64,000 nucleotides of DNA from Eledone cirrhosa (taxonomy: Eukaryota). The translations under genes were made by a program, and so were the position numbers. Shown piece after piece: positions 1 to 13,720 of this stretch (the first letter of the stretch is position 1; every line of letters starts with the position of its first letter). The notes beneath the pieces were generated by a model. It was not told the origin of the DNA, searched no databases, and saw only the letters and a list, made by a program, of their open reading frames with translations. The stretch is from NCBI GenBank assembly GCA_964016885.1, contig OZ024743.1:310248001-310312000 (forward strand), in the 5' to 3' direction.

Positions 1-104
1 TATATTATATATATATAATATATATAACATATATATAATATATATTAATATAATATATATATATAATATATATATAAAACATATATAATGTATTTCGTTT
101 CTGA

Positions 105-109
<5 letters not shown>

Positions 110-184
<75 letters not shown>

Positions 185-355
185 TATATATCTTATATAT
201 ATATTATATATGATGATATTTGTTTTTGAAATGCGCATAATAAAATACTTGGAACATTTTTAACACTTTCTTGATCTTATATTACATATATATATATATC
301 TTATATATATTATATTTATATATATTATATATAATGTATATATTATATATATATA

Positions 356-408
<53 letters not shown>

Positions 409-597
409 ATACGATATTAACAAATGGAAACTATATAATATAGAGCAGTTTAATAATATTGACATACCCTTAAAGAATGCAACCATTACTGTTGGAAGCT
501 GCCGGAGCTTCCAACAGTAATGGTTGCATTCTTTAAGGGTATGTCAATACTATAAAATTGCTCTATATTATATAGTTTCCATTTGTTAATATCGTAT

Positions 598-628
<31 letters not shown>

Positions 629-781
629 TTATATATAATATATATAAATATCATATATATAAGATATATATATATATGTAATATAAGATCAAGAAATGGT
701 TAAAAGTGTTCCAAGTATTTTATTAAGCGCATTTCAAAAACAAATATCATCATATATAATATATATATTAGATATATATAT

Positions 782-845
<64 letters not shown>
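110..845. repeat. Long fold-back palindrome, ~350-390 bp arms, 5-nt loop centred at 503
   Basis: gttggaagct(491-500)-gccgg-agcttccaac(506-515). Complementarity continues outwards: 405-500 vs 506-600 and ~185-290 vs ~670-790, including mirrored (GT)n/(AC)n tracts. Confidence 0.9.
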
Positions 846-849
<4 letters not shown>

Positions 850-948
850 AATGAAGTAATTCCGTCGGAAAATTCCAGGAAAAAAGAGTGCTCTATGTAA
901 GCAACAGAGCTTAATTATTATTATGTAATAAACAACATAAGGCAATTA

Positions 949-1008
949 TTCCATTTACCAGTGGTTTCTTAAAAGCAAAAGGTTTTGCTTTCAATCCTCA
1001 GAATGAAA
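949..1008 (-). ncRNA. Type I hammerhead ribozyme (family A), intact core
   Basis: Minus strand: ttcatt-CTGAGGA-ttgaaagcaaaa/cc/ttttgcttttaa-GAAA-cc act gg-TA-aatgga. Stems I, II and III all pair. Confidence 0.8.
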
Positions 1009-1136
1009 AAATCCTGGTTTGTTTATTGAATTTGGATCTTAAAAACAAAAAAGCAAGCTATATGAAAGTGAGGCTGGAGAAGGAAGAAGGAAAGGAAAAA
1101 TAAAATAAGACTACACATACACGAAAAAACATAAAG

Positions 1137-1186
<50 letters not shown>

Positions 1187-1345
1187 ACACACACATACAC
1201 ACACACACACATACACACACACGCATACACACACGTTATTCCGGGTTGAATCGGAGGCAGCCATAGTAAGCAAGGCACTCAGTACACCGCAGAGCATGAA
1301 AGTTTTAATATAGAAGAGAATCTGTATATGTATACAAACACATAA

Positions 1346-1378
<33 letters not shown>

Positions 1379-1799
1379 CATGTGTATGCGCGCACGCACG
1401 CATGCGTATACAAATATAAATATATTTCCCCCATATACATGTGTGTGCGTGCATGCGCGCAAATGGCGCATGCGTACGCGTGCCGATGGGTGCGCGCGAG
1501 TGTATGAGAGGGTATGTTCTGTTGAAAGTGTCTCGTGAATTTATGGCTACAGTTGTATAGATTATACTTAGAAATTGTCTACAGAATTCCCTAAACCTTC
1601 GTCAATTTACTAGAACCCTTAAGAATTTAGCTTTTAAGGAATCTCCCCTTCCTCCAAATCTATCTACCAGGACTGACCCCATACTGATCTTACAGACACC
1701 TGTAAGCTAAAGAGAAACCTAATGATAAGGATTGGCTCCAATCTGAATACAGAAATCTGTCTGCCTTTTTTCCTCTAAAAACAAACATATACAAACATT

Positions 1800-1857
<58 letters not shown>

Positions 1858-1880
1858 TATCTACACACACACACGCATAC

Positions 1881-1933
<53 letters not shown>

Positions 1934-2047
1934 TGCATATATACACACACATACACACACACACACACATACATACACGCATATATATACATATATATAT
2001 ATATGCGCGTGTGTACACGCATACACATACATACACATAGCCATACC

Positions 2048-2105
<58 letters not shown>

Positions 2106-2216
2106 CATACATACATTCACACAATCAAACATATATACACACGTACATGCATACACATACATAAATGCACTCCTCTACATATTCACACACGCAAATAAAT
2201 ATGAGAAAAAATATAC

Positions 2217-2249
<33 letters not shown>

Positions 2250-2717
2250 ATATATTATATAATATTGAGACCGTTACATAAGGCAGCAAACTGGACAGAC
2301 AAGCGTGGTAAGAAACACACACAAAAGCACATATACATACGCACGAAATAGTCAACGCATTCACACACTCTCACACATAAAAAAATTTCAAATACAAATA
2401 CATAAACGCATACATACGCATACATGCATAACCACGCACAGTTGTACAATCTATACACACACACATGTGTATACAACTATATGCATACATATACACACAT
2501 ATATATACATAAATACAAACGTACACACACACATATATATACACGTACACATACACACACAATTACATACATAGCTAAACAATTATACACATACAAATAC
2601 GTATATATCACAACCACGCACAACAGAACACAAACACACACACACACACACACACATACACACACACACATACAATTATCAATATATACACACGCACATA
2701 TGTACACACACACATAT

Positions 2718-2756
<39 letters not shown>

Positions 2757-2914
2757 CACATGTACACATATACACAAACACGCACACACACATGCATACG
2801 CATACACATACGTATATGCGTGTGTGTATGCAAAACTCAATCTTAGATAAATCATAAGGACCTTACATATATGTATATATAGTAGTAAAGTATTAAAGCA
2901 ACATAAGGCAATTA

Positions 2915-2975
2915 TTCCATTTACCAAGGGTTTCTTAAAAGCAAAATCATTTTTCCTACAATCTTCAGGATGAGA
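2915..2975 (-). ncRNA. Type I hammerhead ribozyme (family A)
   Basis: Minus strand: tctcatc-CTGAAGA-ttgtaggaaaaatgattttgcttttaa-GAAA-cc ctt gg-TA-aatgga. Homologous to 949-1008, with a weaker stem I. Confidence 0.7.
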
Positions 2976-3112
2976 GAAACCTGGCTTATCCACACATACA
3001 CATATATACAGACACACACAAATACATACATATATAAATACATACACACAGGCACACACACACATACGTATAAACATATATACATACACACATACACATA
3101 CACACATATATC

Positions 3113-3192
<80 letters not shown>

Positions 3193-3397
3193 TACACACA
3201 AATATACATACACATACACATAGGTATGTGGAGGGCAAGGCAAAAAGAATATATGTGGGGGGCGGCGCATAGGAGAAGGTAAAATATAAGCGGAGGTAAG
3301 GGAGAAAAAATATATAATAAATGTAAATATACAAGAGTACAGAACGTAGAAACAGTAAAATAAAGACCGTAGCAGAAGTAAAGAGCGGGAGAGGAGT

Positions 3398-3916
3398 TCA
3401 AGGCGGTTGATTTCTCATAGGAGTGTCAATCCAGTTACAGATCAGGTGCGGTCTCAGATGAGGACAGCATCTGAAGATCTCAGTCTTTGAATTAAGGTAA
3501 GCGGAAGTGTCTCTCAAGTTTAGCAAAATCCTATACTTTTCTGTGGTACACAAAGAACAATTCTTTGTGCCCCTTTGGTACTCCCTCGAATGGTCTAATA
3601 TAGACCAATCAATAGAGTACGGGATGTTACTATCCTTGAGTTCCCACACCTTACTTGCGAGGGCCGTTGATGTTCGTTTATCGGAGTGCTTAAAAGAAGC
3701 GACATGTGAGCAAAATCTGGTTTTAAACCTGTCCTGGGTCATACCGACATATCGCTCACTCCTGGCTGGCTGGTTGTTGATTACTGGTGTTATCGTAGCC
3801 TCATAAACGACAGATTTAGTGTTACATCTACCCAGCAATGGGCATTCGTCCGGCTTCCTGCAACTGCATCCTGGATTTATTCTCGTCTGGTTTGAGCTGG
3901 TGATTTTGGACTTCAT
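3398..3916 (-). mobile_element. Penelope-like element, GIY-YIG endonuclease domain (5'-truncated)
   Basis: ORF motifs CSCR..CPLLGRC, VVYEA...YVGMT..RFKTRF..H, CSLCTTEK and LNSKTE...CPH are typical of the PLE endonuclease C-terminus. Confidence 0.88.
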
Positions 3917-4068
3917 TAAAACCAGATTTTACTCACATGTCGCTTCTTTTAAGCACTCCGATAAACGAACATCAACGGCCCTCGCAAGTAAGGTGTGGGA
4001 ACTCAAGGATAGTAACATCCCGTACTCTATTGATTGGTCTATATTAGACCATTCGAGGGAGTACCAAT
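3915..4068 (+). repeat. Inverted duplicate of part of the GIY-YIG sequence (3575-3725)
   Basis: Encodes the same peptide KTRFYSHVASFKHSDKRTSTALASKVWELKDS... on the opposite strand. Confidence 0.9.
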
Positions 4069-4094
4069 ATATAAGATATATATATATATAACAC

Positions 4095-4153
<59 letters not shown>

Positions 4154-4189
4154 CATATATGTAATATATATATATAATATGTATATAAC

Positions 4190-4276
<87 letters not shown>

Positions 4277-4369
4277 CGTACAGAGATCGGAATTAAAGTA
4301 TTCCGCAGTTCACAGTAATAATAATAATACTTTCTCGAAGAAGAACAGAGAATTTTCATCTCAGCTCAA

Positions 4370-4560
4370 ATACAAATATATTACACAGAGAGAAGTGTGT
4401 TACACAGTGAGATGTGTGTAAAACATTATTACATGTGAGATTAACCGTTACTGTGTGGAGAACAACACCTTCATGTTAGCAATTAAATAGAAGAAAACCT
4501 CAGTCAAACTCACATGTACCAATTTTTTACACACTTCCCTCTGTGTAATATATTTGTATA
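4370..4560. repeat. Short imperfect fold-back
   Basis: atacaaatatattacacagag(a)gaagtgtg...acatgtgag is mirrored by ctcacatgt...cacacttccctctgtgtaatatatttgtat. Confidence 0.75.
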
Positions 4561-4569
4561 TATATAATG

Positions 4570-4723
<154 letters not shown>

Positions 4724-4737
4724 CGTGTGTGTGTGTA

Positions 4738-4792
<55 letters not shown>

Positions 4793-4962
4793 CAGCCAAC
4801 TAACAGAGAACGAAGGACAAACACGACAGAGTTATGAACTCTCCTCTCTAAATAAGTATGCAAAAACAAATTTTTGGTTCCAATTTTTGTTATTCGTATA
4901 AATATACAACATAACTACATTCTGCATGTCCGCTGTTGAAAAATCATATAATGTACCATTAT

Positions 4963-5135
4963 TATCGGTAGAGGGTCGGACGCCATGCTTTCTAGCATAG
5001 TTACGTCCCTTTACGATCTGAGTTCAAATCCCGCCGAGGTTGACATTGCCTTTCATCCTTACAGGGTCGATAAAATAAAGTACCAGTAATGCACTGGGTA
5101 TTTGCTGGCCTTGTGCCTAAAGTAGAAACAATTAT
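4963..5135 (+). mobile_element. tRNA-derived SINE (octopus-type), slightly 5'-truncated
   Basis: B-box gagttcaaatcc, body ttgcctttcatcc...gtcgataaaataaagtaccag, tail agaaacaattatt. Many copies occur in this window. Confidence 0.85.
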
Positions 5136-5284
5136 TAAATGCGGAAATAACCACTTTATAAATAAATGTCTTGAGATTATACTGAAAGAATCTCTTCAGC
5201 ATCTACTGAAAAAATATTTTTCCTCTCTATTTCGTTTTATATATATCAACTTGTGTGTTACTTTCCCACATTCTCTCTCTCTCT

Positions 5285-5750
<466 letters not shown>

Positions 5751-5828
5751 ATTACCCACTCTACTACCCTAAGTATTGAGTACTTTGGTGCGTTATGGTC
5801 CACCTGGTTCCTTTCCACATTTCCTTCG

Positions 5829-5877
<49 letters not shown>

Positions 5878-5900
5878 GTATAAAAATCAATACAATATAA

Positions 5901-5976
5901 TTACCTCATTACCAGAGGTTTCCCGAATGAGGCGAATACGAAAGGAACGTCTTCATTCGTTCGTCAGACGAGGCAA
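5901..5976 (-). ncRNA. Type I hammerhead ribozyme (family C), intact core
   Basis: Minus strand: ttgcctcgt-CTGACGA-a cgaatga...tcattcg g-GAAA-cc tct gg-TA-atgaggtaa. 9-bp stem I, 7-bp stem II. Confidence 0.8.
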
Positions 5977-6604
5977 TATAAAACATGGCTAAATACTTGG
6001 AAAGTCTCATCAAGGAAAGCAAACAAAATATAAACAAATGAATTACAATATGAAATATATAAAAATCTTTCAAGAAATATAGTTAGGTGTGTGTATATGT
6101 ATGTATATACGCTCACAGATGTGCATATATGTGTATGCACAAATGTATACGATTAGTGAAAAAGTGTGCGTATATATATATATTTAGGGCAAATGTATCT
6201 ATGTATCTGTAAACTACAGACAGAATAGATACACCATAAGTATATGAAGGCACGCGCCTAAACACACCTACACACACGTACACTTATATGCGGAAGTAAA
6301 AGAGGTAAGGGAGTGTAATAATTAAAGGAAGGTATCAATCTCGATATATTTATAAAAATGGAACAATAATTTAGAAAGAAAAAATTAAAGAAAAGAAGAC
6401 AAACAAGGTACACGCATACACACACACGTATATCTACAAGAAAACGTATATCTATAAGAAATATATATATATATATATATATGTATTGAAATTTCCGTTG
6501 AAAACAGAAAAGGTCATAGGAGTGAAAAATAAAAATAAAAAAATTAAATGTAAGTATGTAAGTATCAGAGCAAAATTTAATGTATAAAAATCAATACAAT
6601 ATAA

Positions 6605-6680
6605 TTACCTCATTACCAGAGGTTTCCCGAATGAGGCGAATACGAAAGAAGCGTCTTCATTCGTTCGTCGGACGAGGCAA
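6605..6680 (-). ncRNA. Hammerhead (family C) with U4C core mutation (CCGACGA), probably inactive
   Basis: Same fold as 5901-5976. Plus strand reads tcgtcgg instead of tcgtcag. Confidence 0.7.
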
Positions 6681-7232
6681 TATAAAACATGGCTAAATAC
6701 TTGGAAAGTCTCGTCAAGAAAATCAAAAAGAAGATATAGACAAATGAATTAGAATATGAAATATATAATAATCTTTCAAGAAATATAGTTAGGTGTGTGT
6801 CTATGTATGTATATACGCTCACAGATGTGCATATATGTGTATGCACATATGTATACGTATAGTGAAAAAGTGTGCGTGAATATAAAATTTAGGGCAAATA
6901 TATCTGTATGTCTGTAATCTACAGACAGAATAGATACATCATAAGAATATGAATATGAAGGCGCACGCATAAACACACCTACACACACGTACACTTAGAT
7001 GCGGAAGTAAAAGAGGTAAGGGAGTGTAATAATTAAAGGAAAGTATCAATCTCGATATATTTATAAAAATGGAACAATAATTTAGAAAGAAAAAATTTTT
7101 AGAAAGAAAAAATTAAAGAAAAGAAGACAAAAAAGGGTACATACATACACAGACACGCATATCTAACAAAAGAAACGCAAAAATATACATGCTTGTATAC
7201 ACACGCACACTTACACATCCATACGTTCGATA

Positions 7233-7275
<43 letters not shown>

Positions 7276-7436
7276 TTAAACTCACGCATATTGACTTGTT
7301 TGCATGCACACGCATAAAAATGAGAAAGTAAAAAAAGGGGGGGGAGAAGAAAAAAGGAACAAAACATAAAACCTAGATGTCAAAACACGGATATACAGAC
7401 ACATACACATACGCATACACATATACATACACACTC

Positions 7437-7490
<54 letters not shown>

Positions 7491-8218
7491 GCACGCGCGC
7501 GCACATACGTAGTCGCTCATGTACATATATAGAAAGTATACACACATTAAGGCGTTCAGCCATATTGATACAGGGTGTAAAAAACTTGTGGATAAGTACA
7601 CATATAAAATTGTAAGATTGGCTGCGCAAAAATAAAAAAATTAAAATTAAAATGAAAAATATATCACACCTGCTTTCCAGCTCATATAAACTTAACACAC
7701 TTTCAGATACTTATCCTCCATAAACTCTTATTATTCTCTTTTTAATTACCCTTTCTGACTTACTTTCATTTTTACCCTTGTCATTAATTTCATTTATTTT
7801 TATTTTTATTTTTTTATTTTTATTTTTATTTTTATTTTTATTTTTATTTTTATTTTTATTTTTATTTTTATTTTTATTTTTATTTTTATTTTTATTTTTA
7901 TTTTTATTTTTACTTCACATCCACCAATAACCCCCCCCCTTTATTCTCCGATTCACTTTCCATTTTTTACTCCCCCCGTTTTTAACTTGCCTTTTTCCTT
8001 CACTAACTGATTAAAAGGTCATTTGTGTTTTCCAAACCAGATATATTTTTCATTTTAATTTCTATTTTTTTATTTTTGGGCAGCCAATCTTACAATTTTA
8101 TATTTGTACTTACTTATACACAAGTTTTTTACACCCTGTATCAATATGGCTGAACGCCTTAATGTGTGTATACTTTCTATATATGTACATGAGCGACTAC
8201 GTATGTGCGCGCGCGTGC

Positions 8219-8280
<62 letters not shown>

Positions 8281-9024
8281 GTGTGTGTATGTATATGTGT
8301 ATGCGTATGTGTATGTGTCTTTATATCCGTATTTTGACATCTAGTTTTTATGTTTTGTTCCTTTTTTCTTCTCTCCCCCCTTCTTTTACTTACTCATTTT
8401 TATGCGTGTGCATGCAAACAGGTCAATATGCGTGAGTGTAAGTATGTGTGTGTGTGTGTTTGTGTGTGTACGTATCGAACGTATGGAGGTGTAAGTGTGC
8501 GTGTGTATATAAGCATGTATATTTTTGCGTTTCTTTTGTGAGATATGCGTGTCTGTGTATGTATGTACCCTTTTTTGTCTTCTTTTCTTTAATTTTTTCT
8601 TTCTAAAAAATTTTTCTTTCTAAATTATTATTCCATTTTTATAAATATATCGAGATTGATACTTTCCTTTAATTATTACACTCCCTTACCTCTTTTACTT
8701 CCGCATCTAAGTGTATGTGTGTGTAGGTGTGTTTATGCGCGCGCCTTCATATTCATATTCTTATGATGTATCTATTCTGTCTGTAGATTACAGACATACA
8801 GATACATTTGCCCTAAATTTTATATTTACGCACACTTTTTCACTATACGTATACATATGTGCATACACATATATGCACATCTGTGAGCGTATATACATAC
8901 ATAGACACACACCTAACTATATTTTTTGAAAGATTATTATATATTTCATATTCTAATTCATTTGTCTATATCTTCTTTTTGATTTTCTTGACGAGACTTT
9001 CTAAGTATTTACCCATGTTTTATA

Positions 9025-9100
9025 TTGCCTCGTCCGACGAACGAATGAAGACGCTTCTTTCGTATTCGCCTCATTCGGGAAACCTCTGGTAATGAGGTAA
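9025..9100 (+). ncRNA. Hammerhead (family C) with U4C core mutation
   Basis: ttgcctcgt-CCGACGA-a cgaatga...tcattcg g-GAAA-cctctgg-TA-atgaggtaa. Confidence 0.7.
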
Positions 9101-9909
9101 TTATATTGTATTGATTTTTATACATTATATATATATATATAAATAATACACGCAAAAAAACATGCAGACAAAAGCGTATGCAAGCACATCTACCCACACA
9201 GGATACACATAAATACGAATATACGCCTCGCCCCATGTATATCTAATCACGCCCACGCACGCGACTGTATACATACTCGCACCCACACACACGCAAAAAA
9301 GAAACACAAAAATATACATGCTTATGTACACACGCACGCTTACACATCCATACATTCGATACGTACACACACACACACACACATACTTACACCACACATA
9401 TTGACCTGTTTGCATGCACACGCATAAAAATGAGGATGTAAAAAAAGGAAAGAAGAAACACGGATATAAAAACACATACACATACACACATATATATATA
9501 AATATATATATATATACACGCACGCGCGCGCACATACGTAGGCGCTCGTGTACATATATAGAAAGTATACACACATTATGGCGTTCAGACACATAGATAC
9601 AGGGTGTAAAAAACTTGTAGATAAGTAAGTACAAATATAAAATTATCAAATTATCAAATTATAAGATTCGCTGCGCAAAAATAAAAAATAAAAAATAAAA
9701 AATAAAAAATAAAAAATAAAAAATAAAAATAAAAATAAAAATAAAAATTATCTGGGGTGGAAAACGCAAGTGACGTTTGTAATCAGTTAGCGAAGAAAAT
9801 AGGGAAGTAAAAAATGGAAAGTGAAGATATTAGATAAGTGAATCGGAGAATAAAGGGGGGTGGGTTATTGATGGATGTGAAGTAAAAAACAAATATATAT
9901 ATATATAAA

Positions 9910-10145
9910 AATATAAATAAAAATAAAAATAAAAATAAAAATAAAAAAAAAATAAAAATAAAAATAAAAATAAAAATAAAAATAAAAATAAAAATAAAAA
10001 TAAAAATAAAAATAAAAATAAAAATAAAAATAAAAATAAAAATAAAAATAAAAATAAAAATAAAAATAAAAATAAAAATAAAAATAAAAATAAAAATAAA
10101 AATAAAAATAAAAATAAAAATAAAAATAAAAATAAAAATAAATGA
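9910..10145 (+). repeat. (TAAAAA)n array inside the PLE 3' tail
   Basis: Direct reading. Shorter equivalents occur in the other copies at ~7795-7910 and ~12425-12475. Confidence 0.95.
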
Positions 10146-10261
10146 AATTAATAATAAGGATAAAAATGAAAATAAAACAGAAAGGGTAGTTATAAAGAGA
10201 ATAATAAGAGTTTATGGAGGATAAGTATCTGACAGTGTGTTCAGTTTAAATGAGCTGGAAA

Positions 10262-11773
10262 GCAGGTGTGATTTCATGTGTGGGCAATGGTGAAAATTTC
10301 CGTCTTTGTGTTCAGGCAGGTCTTTGGTGATTTAAGATTTTGCAAGATCCAATATTTTTCGTTTATGCAGAGCGTGCATTTTTTTGTTCCTCTTGCATGT
10401 TCTTTAGATTGGTTCAAAATTGACCAATCCAATTTATATTGGATGCCTTGGTCTTTCAAATCCCAAATTCTGCTAGCCATAGCTGTTGTAAATCTTTTTT
10501 CTGGATGTCGATAGGATGTGACATGTGAGTACTAACGCGTTTTGAATTTGTCTTGCGTCATACCCACATATCGTTCACTGGTGGCTGGATGGTTGTTGCT
10601 GATGGTTGTCACTCTAGCCGCATATACAATGGCTTTGGTGTTGCATTTACCTTGTAATGGGCATTCACTTTTGATTCTACAGGAGCAATTTTGATTTTCT
10701 CTAGGTGATTTTTTGTTGATGATATAGGACTTAATAGGGGGACCGCAGGAATAGCTAATTTTGACACAGTTCTGTTAAAGATCTTATAGTATCTATGTGT
10801 TCTAGGGAAATGTTTATCTAGGAGCTCTAGGAATTTTTTGCCTCCATTAGATTTAACTGCTAGAGAGTAGGGGTGTTTGAACCAGATTATTTTTCTTTTC
10901 CTGTTTTTATGTTTAGTAGAGTTAGTATAGTTGGGTATGTATTTAATCGGTTCGCTAAAACCGCTATTTTGGAGGGCTTTATTATAGTAGGGGATGCCTT
11001 ATTAAAAATAGCTTCTGAGGAAGAGAGGGTGGAGGCTAATATTAGGGATAAGGTTTTTAAAAACTATAGGAGGGTGGCAAGAGCCTTTATTTATATATTT
11101 TAAGTTTTCATTAGGTTTACTCTTCTACCTGTTTCAGCCAACCGGCTGAAGCCATGCTGGGGCATCGCCCTTTATGGTATGGTTTATAAGAATCAGTAGG
11201 TAAATCTAGGTTTATATCTAGGAAATCTATATTGGAAAGGTTAGTGTCAATAGTAATTTTAAGATTAAAACTAGCGAAGGTTTTTATTAAGTCTTTCCTT
11301 AATCTATATAAGTTATGGCCTATGGTGGTATGGGAAAGTATTAGACCATCGTCGCGATAAAGCCCCAAAATATGGTTAGGAAATTTTTCTTTAAGTGTAT
11401 GTAGGAGGAATAGACCGACCAAATCACAAACATCAGCACTATCATAAGAGCCCATTGAGACATCGAATGGGCTCTCTGGGTTAGATATTTTTACCCAGGT
11501 GTCATTATCAGTAAAGAGTAGAGTGTTTCTAGCGTGCAAGATGACATCCTCTTCAATATCGGAGATATTAGTAAACCTTCTAGCGAAATTTAAAGCTTTC
11601 GCTAAAAGGGTCTGAGTGATAGATGGGTAGAAATCTACAATGTCAAATTGGGTGAATCTAGAACTATTTTTGTTTTTAATATTATTAAACCAATGTACTA
11701 CGGAAGAGCTATTTATCCATTGGAGTAATTTAGACTTACTTCTAATATCTGTATTTATGTTATTAGAACACAT
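10262..11773 (-). pseudogene. Penelope-like RT + GIY-YIG endonuclease, disrupted
   Basis: FTQFDIVDFYPSI, FDVSMGSYDSADVCDLVG, LYRDDGL, IDFLDINLDL, then WFKHP, CSCR..CPLQGKC, YVGMTQDKFKTR and CTLCINEK. Contains stops, frameshifts and one insertion. Confidence 0.92.
11117..11172 (-). mobile_element. ~55-bp 3' terminus of the CR1-type LINE inserted in the PLE RT
   Basis: gggcgatgccccagcatggcttcagccggttggctgaaacaggtagaagag matches the LINE 3' end at 26160-26220. It splits the PLE peptide YKPYHK|PNENL. Confidence 0.8.
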
Positions 11774-11774
11774 A

Positions 11775-12310
11775 GATACTATAAGATCTTTAACAGAACT
11801 GTGTCAAAATTAGCTATTCCTGCGATCCCCCTATTAAGTCCTATATCATCAACAAAAAATCACCTAGAGAAAATCAAAATTGCTCCTGTAGAATCAAAAG
11901 TGAATGCCCATTACAAGGTAAATGCAACACCAAAGCCATTGTATATGCGGCTAGAGTGACAACCATCAGCAACAACCATCCAGCCACCAGTGAACGATAT
12001 GTGGGTATGACGCAAGACAAATTCAAAACGCGTTAGTACTCACATGTCACATCCTATCGACATCCAGAAAAAAGATTTACAACAGCTATGGCTAGCAGAA
12101 TTTGGGATTTGAAAGACCAAGGCATCCAATATAAATTGGATTGGTCAATTTTGAACCAATCTAAAGAACATGCAAGAGGAACAAAAAATGCACGCTCTGC
12201 ATAAACGAAAAATATTGGATCTTGCAAAATCTTAAATCACCAAAGACCTGCCTGAACACAAAGACGGAAATTTTCACCATTGCCCACACATGAAATCACA
12301 CCTGCTTTCC
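11775..12310 (+). pseudogene. Inverted second copy of the PLE GIY-YIG region
   Basis: Near-exact reverse complement of ~10255-10795. Confidence 0.9.
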
Positions 12311-13205
12311 AGCTCATTTAAACTGAACGCACTGTCAGATACTTATCCTCCATAAACTCTTATTATTCTCTTTATAACTACCCTTTCTGTTTTATTTTCA
12401 TTTTTATCCTTATTATTAATTTCATTTATTTTTATTTTTATTTTTATTTTTATTTTTATTTTTATTTTTATTTTTATATATATATATTTTTACTTCACAT
12501 CCACCAATAACGCCCCCTCCCCTTTATTCTCCGATTCACTTACCTAATATCTTCACTTTCCATTTTTTACTCCCCTATTTTCTTCACTAACTGATTACAA
12601 AAGTCGCTTGCGTTTTCCACTCCAGATATTTTTTACTTTTATTTTTATTTTTTAATTTTTATTTTTTATTTTTGCGCAGCCAATCTTATAATTTTATATT
12701 TGTACTTACTTATCCACAAGTTTTTTACACCCTTATCTATGTGTCTGAACGCCTTAATGTGTGTATACTTTCTATATATGTACACGAGCGCCTACGTATG
12801 TGCGCGCGCGTGCGTGTATATATATATATATATGTATGTGTATGTGTATGTGTCTTTATATCCGTGTTTTTTAGATCTAGGTTTTTTGTTTTGTTTCTTT
12901 CTTCTTCTTTCCTTATTTTACATCCTCATTTTTATGCGTATGCATGCAAACAGGTCAATATACGTGAGTGTAAGTATGTGTGTGTGTGTATGTACGTATC
13001 GAATGTATGGATGTGTAAGCGTGCGTGTGTATATAAGCATGTATATTTTTGTGCTTCTTTTGTGTGTGTGGGTGCGAGTGTGTATACAGTTGCGTGCGTG
13101 CGCGTGATTAAATATACATGGGGCGAGGCGTATATTCGTATTTATGTGTATCCTGTGTGGGTAGATGTGCTTGCATACGCTTTTATGTGCATGTTTTTTT
13201 GCGTG

Positions 13206-13244
<39 letters not shown>

Positions 13245-13644
13245 TTATAGATATACGTTTTCTTGTAGATATACGTGTGTGTGTATTGATACTTTCCTTT
13301 AATTATTACACTCCGTTACCTCTTTTACTTCTGCATATAAGTGTACGTGTGTGTAGGTGTGTTTATGCGCGTGCCTTCATATTATTATGATGTATCTATT
13401 GTCTGTAGTTTACAGATACATAGATACATTTGCCCTAAAATATATATTTACGCACACTTTTTCACTATACGTATACATTTGTGCATACACATATATGCAC
13501 ATCTGTGAGCGTGTATACATACATATACACACACCTAACTATATTTCCTGAAATATTTTTATATATTTCATATTGTAATTCATTTGTCTATATTTTTTTT
13601 GCTTTTCTTGATGAGACTTTCCAAGTATTTAGCCATGTTTTATA

Positions 13645-13720
13645 TTGCCTCGTCTGACGAACGAATGAAGATGTTTCTTTCGTATTCGCCTCATTCGGGA
13701 AACCTCTGGTAATGAGGTCA
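13645..13720 (+). ncRNA. Type I hammerhead ribozyme (family C), intact core
   Basis: ttgcctcgt-CTGACGA(13654-13660)-a cgaatga...tcattcg g-GAAA-cc tct gg-TA-atgaggtca. Confidence 0.8.

Larger units (their letters stand above)
920..3397 (-). mobile_element. Microsatellite-rich 3' tail/pseudo-LTR region of a Penelope-like element with two tandem hammerheads
   Basis: Lies 3' of the GIY-YIG ORF at 3398-3916. Segment 920-1100 is homologous to 2895-2985 and 33583-33770. Confidence 0.6.

Noticed and set aside
9910-10145. (TAAAAA)n as a telomeric repeat
   Set aside because: It is internal to a PLE tail, present in each copy, and is not TTAGGG.
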